The notes under the pieces are model-generated. The model did not search any database. It was not told where the DNA came from and was given only the letters and a program-made list of their open reading frames with translations. This document shows positions 53,836-62,607 of a stretch of DNA of 64,000 nt, one piece after another. The stretch comes from Haplodiscus bocki (lineage: Eukaryota). The stretch lies in NCBI GenBank assembly GCA_965655095.1, contig OZ296659.1, positions 7,502,001-7,566,000 of the forward strand. The letters run 5' to 3'. The translations under genes were made by a program, and so were the position numbers. Within the stretch, counting starts at the first letter, position 1. Each line of letters begins with the position of its first letter.

Positions 53836-54405
53836 TTATCTATTTCTTAAAATCTGTTTAAAATCGTTGTTGGGTTCAGTTGGAGTGTTATTTAACCAAT
53901 CACCTCTGACACAAACTAAACGATTATTGGGGTCTATTATACCGAATCCATAGTATTTAAGTATTAGATATTCATAATAAGGAGCTTTACTGTATTCAAG
54001 TATTCTTAATTTTTCTGGATATTTATCAAGATTTTTGATCAACAAGGTTTCTAACATAGCTTTGGGTTGTGATATATAGTAATTAAAAGACATATCTTTT
54101 CTATTTGAATAAAAATTAAACTCAACATTTATCTTTTCATCTTTATCGTAAAATTTTAATGAAACGCGTTTGGGGTAACCCATGATTTTTTTGTTATTAA
54201 TTTTACATACAATTAAAAAAGAATGAAATTTCCGTTTATGTTTTTTAAATATATTAGAAAGAGTGTTATCAATTTCATTAACAAGTATGATTTCTTTTTT
54301 GTATATATATTTAACTCCAAACGCTTTTTCTAAATGAAAATTACGACGATGTTTTCTGAAATAATTGTCCGAATAATCTCTGTTACAACTTTGACAATGT
54401 CTCAT
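53836..54405 (-). CDS. Hypothetical element protein with N-terminal C2H2-like finger; paralog of 53223-53681
   Basis: CQSCNRDYSDNYFRKHRRNFH; MSFNYYISQPKAMLETLLIKNLDKYP. Confidence 0.6.
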   Translation of the reverse strand: MRHCQSCNRDYSDNYFRKHRRNFHLEKAFGVKYIYKKEIILVNEIDNTLSNIFKKHKRKFHSFLIVCKINNKKIMGYPKRVSLKFYDKDEKINVEFNFYSNRKDMSFNYYISQPKAMLETLLIKNLDKYPEKLRILEYSKAPYYEYLILKYYGFGIIDPNNRLVCVRGDWLNNTPTEPNNDFKQILRNR

Positions 54406-54684
54406 TTGAAAGAAAGAAATAGTCGATGTCTTTAACGACGATTTTGAAGTTCAATTTTAAAAAATGCATATAAAATGAACATTAAAACGAATTTACTTGA
54501 AGAATACATCAACTTTGTCGATAACACAAAGAAACAAAATAGATACTTTAAATTAAGTATATTCTTAATTGTTATAATTTTTTTTCTGTTTTTGTTTCTT
54601 GTTTTATTTAAACATCTTACAAAGTAATATTCGTACAAGTATAAGAATACAAGTAAAAGAATACATGTTATTATACAATATTAA

Positions 54685-55132
54685 ATGAATAACAGTTTTT
54701 CTCTGCAACAAATACCAAAAGCAAGCAATCTCGATGCTAATCTAATATCTCGACAATACAAATTAAATCTTATGGCTGATTTTATGAAGGTCAAATATGA
54801 AAACCCGAAAATGAAACAATCTGAGATTGCAAATCAATTAGGTATCTCTTCTAGCACCATACAAAGATACAGAAACGATATAAATATGCTTTCACCATAC
54901 AGGATTAGCGCAAATAACACCAAAAAACGATCAAAAAAGGCTAAAAATACTGATTTTGAGAACGATTCACACCACGAAGCTGATGTTAAAAGACCTCAAA
55001 TGACCTCAAAAGACCCCAATCGGCATCAAATGAAAATAGCAAGAAAACAAAAACAATTTACAAGGTGGATCTGTACAAGAGAAAATTGACGAACACTATT
55101 TAGATAAAGTTCTTAAGAATAATGATAGATGA
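54685..55132 (+). CDS. Helix-turn-helix DNA-binding protein (C-terminus frameshifted)
   Basis: MKQSEIANQLGISSSTIQRYRND is a canonical HTH; the shifted tail reads NLQGGSVQEKIDEHYLDKVL. Confidence 0.75.
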
Positions 55133-55407
55133 ACTCTTACACGTGTAATTATATCTTTATATTCATACTCATAAAACATGAATACATATAATTATAAGAG
55201 TATTTATGCCAAAGATATACTTACAAATATACGAGTAGTTATACAATCATACCAATTATGTGATATGTATAAATATATGAGTACTTATACTTGGGTATAC
55301 TTACAATTATACGAATAGATATAACAAGTATGATGAATATAATATTAATAATTATATCATTATTCATATTTGAATAATTGTAATTATACTAAAATATGTC
55401 TTCTTAA

Positions 55408-55641
55408 ATGGAATTAGCTATGCAAATTATTTCTAGTGATAAAACAGTAAGAATTGATACAGTGAAAGATTTAAAAGAATTTAACTCTCAATCTTTAGCA
55501 ACACAGGCAAAGAAAGGCGAGCAATTAGTTAGTATGATGCCTGCTATTAAAGAAGCTTTTGATTTGTTGGGTGATGATATAGTTGATCTATCTACAGAAA
55601 ATGATGCTTTAAAAAGTGAAAAATGGCTTGAAGAATCTTAA
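55408..55641 (+). CDS. Small coiled-coil hypothetical protein (probably continues to ~55724 after a frameshift)
   Basis: ORF with TAAATG start and heptad-like VDLSTENDALKSE. Confidence 0.5.
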   Translation: MELAMQIISSDKTVRIDTVKDLKEFNSQSLATQAKKGEQLVSMMPAIKEAFDLLGDDIVDLSTENDALKSEKWLEES

Positions 55642-55758
55642 AACAAAATGTCAAAACAGATTGATGATGAAAAAAGAGCAAAGTTAATCATGTCTAGAAT
55701 GAAAAAACAAATGCAAAAACATTAATTTTCTTATACTTGTACAAATAATATTGTATAA

Positions 55759-56172
55759 ATGGCTTATATTAGTTATACCAAATTATGGGAAAGTGAATTT
55801 GATGGCATCGTTTCGAAAAGAGATAAATTACAAGATTTGAATATTAATCAATTAAAACTCGAAGTACACGATAGTTATAAAAAAGATGAAAAAATAACAA
55901 CAAATTTTGAACCTATCGATAACTCAGATGTTATAAACAAAGGTTACCTAGACGATAAATTATTAAAAATAAACAGTCACTTATCAAAATTAGTAAAAGA
56001 TTTCAACGAATTTAAATTACAATACAACAAACAAAGTGTAGAAGATATTCTAATTCAAAGAGCTGTGAAAACAACGATACAAATACTTCATGATAAAGGT
56101 TTATTTGATAATTATGCTAATGCTGATAAAGTTTTAGAAGATTTTTTTGTTTACAACAAGGAGAAGAGGTGA
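55759..56172 (+). CDS. Fibre-like/coiled-coil protein; 5'-truncated copies at ~57771-58156 and ~63174-63556
   Basis: EPIDNSDVINKGYLD resembles the P..xxDAxNKxYVD neck motif of viral fibres and is followed by a coiled coil. Confidence 0.5.
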   Translation: MAYISYTKLWESEFDGIVSKRDKLQDLNINQLKLEVHDSYKKDEKITTNFEPIDNSDVINKGYLDDKLLKINSHLSKLVKDFNEFKLQYNKQSVEDILIQRAVKTTIQILHDKGLFDNYANADKVLEDFFVYNKEKR

Positions 56173-56189
56173 TCTATCCGACCAAGTAA

Positions 56190-56602
56190 ATGATGGTGTT
56201 CAATGAATTTATTAAAGAATACAAATTAAAAAATAAAGCAACATCAAATATAAAAATTCAATAAGTCCTGACTTCTATAGGATTAGACAATGTTACATCT
56301 ATCCAAGGGACGGATCGTTCTCCAGTGATATCGGAATAGTCAATTTGCATCCATCTCTAGGGACACATTGGGTTGTGTACATAGACGAAAATTATTTTGA
56401 TAGTTACGGTTGTGTTCCTCCTAAAAAGCTATCTAAATTTATCATAAAACGAAAAGGATATTGTTTATATTCAGAATACCAGATTCAAAAAAATGATAGT
56501 TTTTGCGCAAGTTTTTGTTTATATATACTTTACCTGACAGAAGTGTTAGGTATTGATTTTAAATCTGCTGTTTTGAATTTGTATTATCAGAGATTTTCAT
56601 AA
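56190..56602 (+). pseudogene. Adenain-like cysteine protease, copy 1 (premature stop and frameshift)
   Basis: MMVFNEFIKEYKLKNKATSNIKIQ* then GTHWV, YFDSYG, QIQ, FCASFCL. Confidence 0.85.
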
Positions 56603-56762
56603 AAATTGTTTTTGTACAATTATACTATTATCCTTATAAGAATAGATGTAATTTTACTAAATTGACCAATCACAAATAAGTTAAATTATTCATACAAGTA
56701 TAATAATAATTATAAAATTATTCGTATTTGAATAAGTGTAATTATACAATTAAATATTATAA

Positions 56763-57202
56763 ATGACATTGAGAAAAATAACTATTGATAATAGTGTTAG
56801 ATATATTCCAAAAATCCAAAAAAAACCATAATTCCAAAAAGAAATATAAAAATTACAAAACTCTAAACAATATTAGAATCAGTAGACAGTATCGTTATCA
56901 TTGCAACTACGTCAACTTCGGTAACTCTATCGATTACTGGTATAGGTTTGATTATTTTACCAATATCGGCTGGAATTGCTTGTACTCTATCATTAGGTAA
57001 CAAAATATTACATAAATTAATCAAAAACAAATATAATAAATATAAAAAACAATATGAACGAGATCAACAAACTATTAAATCTTTCGACAAATTATACAGA
57101 AAACCATTACAAGATAATGTAATCGATAAAACTGAATATGAAAGTCTTTGTAATATTTTTACTAAATATGTTGACGAAAATAAAGATGAATCTTTTTTAT
57201 AA
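56763..57202 (+). pseudogene. Chimeric relic: start of the basic protein fused to the body of the membrane protein
   Basis: MTLRKITIDNSVRYIPK (cf. 58678) joins at ~56810 to sequence nearly identical to 62218-62607. Confidence 0.75.
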
Positions 57203-57371
57203 ATATGAACATAAAAATAAAATTAAACTTTTTTAGTCAAAATAAATTAAAATTTCATCCTAGAACTTAAAAAAACGTTTATGTTTAATATTAACTGTTC
57301 TATTCAATGATATTGCGAACAGTTCTGTTCTGTTCAATGATAATATGATTATGAACTGTTTTGTATTTTAA

Positions 57372-57772
57372 ATGGAGAAGAATAAAAATTGTTCTGTACG
57401 TAACATAAAATTAGATATAAATAATTAAAAGAAAGATAGAACTGTTTGTAAGGATTGTTATAATAAAAAGAAAAGAAAAAACAAAATCACTATTTCTCAT
57501 CAACAACCGATAATTGAAAACGGTAATAATAATAATACCAATCGAACATTTTTGGTTGGACCAACTTTTTCAGGTAAAACATATTTGATGTTAAAAATTC
57601 TTTCGCGAATGATAGATCGAGATATTTATATAATTACTAAATCACCTCCAGAACAGTATACCAATTCCAAAATCAAAATCAAAGAAATAAGCGATGAAAT
57701 TAAACCTCTAAACGAATATGAAAACGGTATCATAGTTTTTGATGATATTTTAGGCTCATCAAATAGCAGATC
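57372..57772 (+). pseudogene. Zn-finger + A32-like packaging ATPase, truncated after Walker B (second copy 62778-63175)
   Basis: In-frame MEKNKNCSV(R/C)...CKDC (one TAA), then LVGPTFSGKT (Walker A) and IIVFDD (Walker B); the sequence then jumps into the fibre-like gene. Confidence 0.85.
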
Positions 57773-58257
57773 GTTTCTAAAAGACATAAACTACAAGATG
57801 CTAATATTAGTCAATTAAAACTCGAAGTACATGATACTTATAAAAAAGATGAAAAAATAACAACAAATTTTGAACCTATCGATAACTCAGATGTTATAAG
57901 CAAAGGTTACCTAGATGAAAAATTGTTAAAAATAAACGGTCACTTATCAAGAATAGAAAAAGATTGCAACGAATTTAAATTACGATATAACAAACAATCT
58001 GTAGAAGATAATTTAATTCAAAGAGCTGTGAAAACAACGGTACAAATACTTTATGATAAGGGATTATTTGATAATTTCCAAAATGCTGATAAAGTTTTAG
58101 AAGATTTTTTGTTTACAACAAGACGTAGAGGTGATTTATCAGAAGATAATACATAATTAGATTTATAACACACGGATAAATACAATTATTGTTTGTATTT
58201 ATATGAGTAATACATAACTATATGTATATTTATACATACAATTATATGAGTGTTTAA

Positions 58258-58671
58258 ATGATAACATTCAATGATTTTATTGAAAATTATAAATTAAAAA
58301 ATAAAGCAACGTCAAATATAAAAATTCAACAAATCCTTTCGTCTTTGTCTTTGAATAATGTAGGGATCTATTTAAGAGACGGACCTTTTGAATCTGATAT
58401 AGGGATTGTAATTTTACATCCATCAAAAGGTACTCATTGGGTTTGTTATATAAATGAAAATTATTTTGATAGTTATGGTTGTGTCTGTCCAAAGAAACTA
58501 TCTAAATTTATTATAAAAGGAAACGGATATTGTTTATATTCTGAATATCAAATTCAAAAAAATAGTAGTTTTTGCGCTGGTTATTGTTTATATATAATTT
58601 ATTTGACAAAAGTTGAAGGTATTGATTTTAAATCTGCTGTTTTGAATTTGTATTATCAGAGATTTTCGTAA
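58258..58671 (+). CDS. Adenain-like (clan CE) maturation protease, intact; third copy from 63660 to the window end
   Basis: Catalytic H (GTHW), D (YFDSYG), oxyanion Q (QIQ) and C (FCAGYCL). Confidence 0.9.
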   Translation: MITFNDFIENYKLKNKATSNIKIQQILSSLSLNNVGIYLRDGPFESDIGIVILHPSKGTHWVCYINENYFDSYGCVCPKKLSKFIIKGNGYCLYSEYQIQKNSSFCAGYCLYIIYLTKVEGIDFKSAVLNLYYQRFS

Positions 58672-58677
58672 TATTAA

Positions 58678-58875
58678 ATGGTATTAAGAAAAATAACTAT
58701 TGATAACAGTATTAGATATATTCCTAAAACTGAAAAAACAAAAGAAAAAGAGATTAAACCAAAAACAATAAAAGCTGGTTCACATCCTCGTAAACAGAAC
58801 AAAAAAATTTCACGAAATAGTAAAAAATTCCTTCAAAATGTAGCAGCAAGTGGATTTGGAGTACTTACAAAATAG
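58678..58875 (+). CDS. Small Lys/Arg-rich core-like protein
   Basis: 65 aa, very basic, C-terminal AASGF possible cleavage site. Confidence 0.55.
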   Translation: MVLRKITIDNSIRYIPKTEKTKEKEIKPKTIKAGSHPRKQNKKISRNSKKFLQNVAASGFGVLTK

Positions 58876-59022
58876 TATGTACATGTATAAGAATATCCGT
58901 ATCTGAATACGTGTAAATACACTTTATCAATCAATCGCAATTACAAATAAGATAACTTATTCATACAAGTATAAGAATGTTTTTAGTTGAATACGTGTAA
59001 TTATGCAATATTGATATTATAA

Positions 59023-60093
59023 ATGAATAATGAATTGTTACTTTTAATTAAAAAACATACTGATACATTAATAGAACAAACGAAAACAAAACCCCAAGAG
59101 ACTCTTGAATTCAAAATGAATAAACAAATGCAAACTTTTTCGTTTAATCCTCCAATAAATTTAGTTGAAGAAGGTAAATGGTTATTAGGAGTGTCCTTGT
59201 TTGATTGTACAAATTCTGTTTTCAATATAACTAACGAGATCAATTCGTTTTCAATCATTATACCAGGTCATTACCAAAACAAATCTGATGAAAAAACTAT
59301 TGACGATCTAAATAAATTATTACAGCTCAAATCTCTTGAATTACATGTAGACGAAGTTGGAGAAAGAGGGAATAAAATAAAAATAGGAGATGTTGAATAT
59401 CAGTTATCAGATTTTGATACTCAAAAAAAAATGAGATACTTGAAGAATTTAAAAATGTTAAATACAACGATCTTGAAGATTTAGTTCACAGAATGCGATT
59501 AAGTTATGATGAAATTATGGATATATTAGACTTGAAATATATTTCTACAAAAAGAACAGGATATTCGGTAAATCCGGGTATTTATGAAGTAGTTGATTTA
59601 AACAACACTTTAAAAAATATTTTACCCGATAATGTGAAAGTAAGTGTTACAATAGATGATGTTAGATTAAAATCAAATTTAAAAACTAATCAAACATTAA
59701 TTTTCACTGAAAAGTCTTTCTTTTATACAATTTTAGGTTTTACTCAATCACGATCGTATCCGTTAGATGATATAGATGGATTTTATCAATTGATTGCAGG
59801 ATCATACAGAAGCGATAGACCTATTAATATTACAGGACTTGATAAAATTCATTTAAAATGTGATTGTTCACAAGGATCGATCGTAAACGGTGTTCGAGAA
59901 CCTATTTTATACTCTTTTGCTTTGTCTTCACCCCCTGGTCATAAAATATACAAAGAACCAAGAGTCAAACTTTTTAAAAAAATAAAAAAATCTGTTCTAT
60001 CTTATATTAATTTTTAATTTGAAGATGACGATCACAAACCTGTTGATTTTAATGGAGAAACGATATCGTTTACATGTCAACTAATTAAAATTT
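59023..60093 (+). pseudogene. Minor capsid (penton-like) protein 1, frameshift and stop
   Basis: FNPPINL..GKWLLGV, PGIYE, IHLKCDC..GSIVNG...ILYSF....PPG.KI..EP, then EDDDHKPVDFNGETISFTCQL; Polinton mCP pattern. Confidence 0.8.
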
Positions 60094-60498
60094 ACAATTC
60101 ATATTTTTTTACATAAAAGGATACTTGTAATTATATGAGTTTTAAATGAAAACACAAAGACAAATAAGTTAAATTATTCATACAGGTATAATAATAATTA
60201 TGTTAAATATTCGTATTTGAACAGGTGTAATTATACAATATTAAATATTTACGCATAATTATGTTCAGACGAACAAGTTAAATTATTCAAACAAGTATAA
60301 TAATAAGTATACTATTATTCGTATTTGAATATCATTTGTAACACATACAATTATATGAGTAATTATACTAGGATATACTTACAATTATATGAGTAGTTGT
60401 ACATATGTTGCCTATTTGTTATACATACATTTTTATGAGTATTCATACTAGGGTATACTTACAAATATATGAGTACGTATTATAATTATACAATAAAA

Positions 60499-61613
60499 AT
60501 GAATTTAAATATGATCAGACCTAAAAACGAAACAGAAGATTCATTACTTTCAATAACCAAAAATTGTGAAACGCTAATTGAACAAACCCATAGAAAAGCT
60601 GAAGAAACGTTGAAATTCAAAATGATTAAACCAAGAGAAACATTTCATTTCAAACCACCAATTCACGTCAAAGGCGATTGGATGATTGGATTAACGGATT
60701 TAGAAGTTTATAATTCTATTTTTAATATAACAGAAAAAAATAATAAATTCGAACTATACAGAAATAGTTCAAACAAGTTTGGATTTTTAGAATTAAAAGA
60801 TGAGCTTGAAGAGATCTTTAATATTTCACATATTTCACAAGAACATCTCCTAGATGATGAAATAGGACCGCGTATTATTGATGAATTTCATAAATTATCG
60901 CATGAAAAGCAAAATAATGATGGTTATATGATATTATTACTGGGTTATAGCAGATGACTATTTCGAGATTTCGAAAGTTATTTGAGAATTGTAGTTGGTT
61001 TAGATGAAGAAGATATTCAGTTAATTTTAAAACAATATAATTCACATTTTACCACTTATGAACTAACTCTGGGGATTTATACAATTCAAGATATTTCAGA
61101 CACTATTCATACTTTCAGTGGTCATAGTGAGATCATAGAAATTGGATATGATGATATTGCCATGAAAACCAAAATTATTTTAAAATACAAAGGTGGACAG
61201 GATAAATTCGATTCAGGAACGTTGCGATTTGATGAAAGATCTTTTTTCATACATTGTTAGGTTTTGAACCATATTGGGATTATAAACCTACAAATTCTAA
61301 TCACGTTGCTATTCCGGGTGTTTATACTAGTGATAAAATGTTAAATTTAAGTACCACAAATAAGATTCACTTAAAATGTGATGTTATCGATGGTTCGGTA
61401 GTCGATGGTGTTAGACAACCGATTTTATATAGTTTTGTATTAGATAAATTACCCGAATACAAAGTGTTTTGTGAGCCCGAAACAGTTCATTATAAAAAAA
61501 TAAATAAAAGTATTTTGAATACTATAACGTTTTATTTCGAAGACGATAATAACACCGAAGTCCATTTTAATCAAGAGGTGTTAACTTTTACACTACAAAT
61601 GATTAAAATTTGA
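60499..61613 (+). pseudogene. Minor capsid (penton-like) protein 2, stop and frameshift
   Basis: FKPPIHVKGDWMIGL..LEVYNSIFNIT, GIYTI, IHLKCDVIDGSVVDGVRQPILYSF, FNQEVLTFTLQMIKI. Confidence 0.8.
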
Positions 61614-61648
61614 ACAAACATGTTTACACATAATTATTTGTATAATAA

Positions 61649-62061
61649 ATGAACTCTCAAAAATTCAAAACTAATAGTTATTGTGTTGGTGGTAAACACT
61701 ACAGTGGGACAAAAAATATCACTGGTGAGATAACATTTAATAAAAAAACCGGTAAAGAGATTAAGTTATTAGTTGGAAAATGTGTTATTTGTGATTAAAA
61801 AAATCTATGATTGTGAGTGATAATACGATACAAGCAGAAGGATTAGGTGATTTCTTCACAAAATTGGGGAGGATCTCCGGTAAAGCAGCTAAAAAATTAG
61901 CAACTAATGCTCTCAAGAATCCATCTAGATTCCTTGAAATCGGTGCGAATGTTGCTGCTGTGACCGCAAGTAGAAATCCTAAAGCAGCTTTATCAGCATT
62001 ACCTGAAGTAATTAATTTCTATCACACAGGCAAAGGCCTCTATCTTGGAAAATTTGTTTAA
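61649..62061 (+). pseudogene. Zn-ribbon-like N-terminus plus amphipathic membrane-lytic-like protein (break at ~61795; C-terminal ORF 61807-62061 open)
   Basis: YCVGGKH...GKCVICD, then AEGLGDFFTKLGRISGKAAKKLA and C-terminal TGKGLYL. Confidence 0.55.
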
Positions 62062-62076
62062 GTTTTTATATAATAA

Positions 62077-62607
62077 ATGGACCAAAAAACAGATAAATTA
62101 TACCCATCAGCACCATTATTGGAAAATATTGATTTAGAAAAACGATTAGAAAAGAAAATTAATGATGTTAACAGTTTTAATAACCATGTTAATGATATTA
62201 AAGAAATGATTACATATTTCAAAAAAAACCATAAATCCAAAAAGAAATATAAAAATTATAAAACTCTAAACACAATATTAGAATCAGTAGACAGTATCGT
62301 TATCATTGCAACTACGTCAACTTCGGTAACTCTATCGATTACTGGTATAGGTTTGATTATTTTACCAATATCGGCTGGAATTGCTTGTACTCTATCTTTA
62401 GGTAACAAAATATTACATAAATTAATCATAAACAAATATAATAAATATAAAAAACAATATGAACGAGATCAACAAACTATTAAATCTTTCGACAAATTAT
62501 ACAGAAAACCACTACAAGATAATGTAATCGATAAAACTGAATATGAAAGTCTTTGTAATATTTTTACTAAATATGTTGACGAAAATAAAGATGAATCTTT
62601 TTTATAA
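62077..62607 (+). CDS. Polinton-type membrane protein with hydrophobic hairpin and N-terminal LYPSAP motif
   Basis: 176 aa; coiled coil, IVIIATTSTSVTLSITGIGLIILPISAGIACTLSLG, C-terminal LQDNVIDKTEY. Confidence 0.7.
   Translation: MDQKTDKLYPSAPLLENIDLEKRLEKKINDVNSFNNHVNDIKEMITYFKKNHKSKKKYKNYKTLNTILESVDSIVIIATTSTSVTLSITGIGLIILPISAGIACTLSLGNKILHKLIINKYNKYKKQYERDQQTIKSFDKLYRKPLQDNVIDKTEYESLCNIFTKYVDENKDESFL

Noticed and set aside
55150-60480. Short reiterated intergenic motifs as a CRISPR-like array
   Set aside because: No constant repeat length or unique regular spacers, no cas genes, eukaryotic context.
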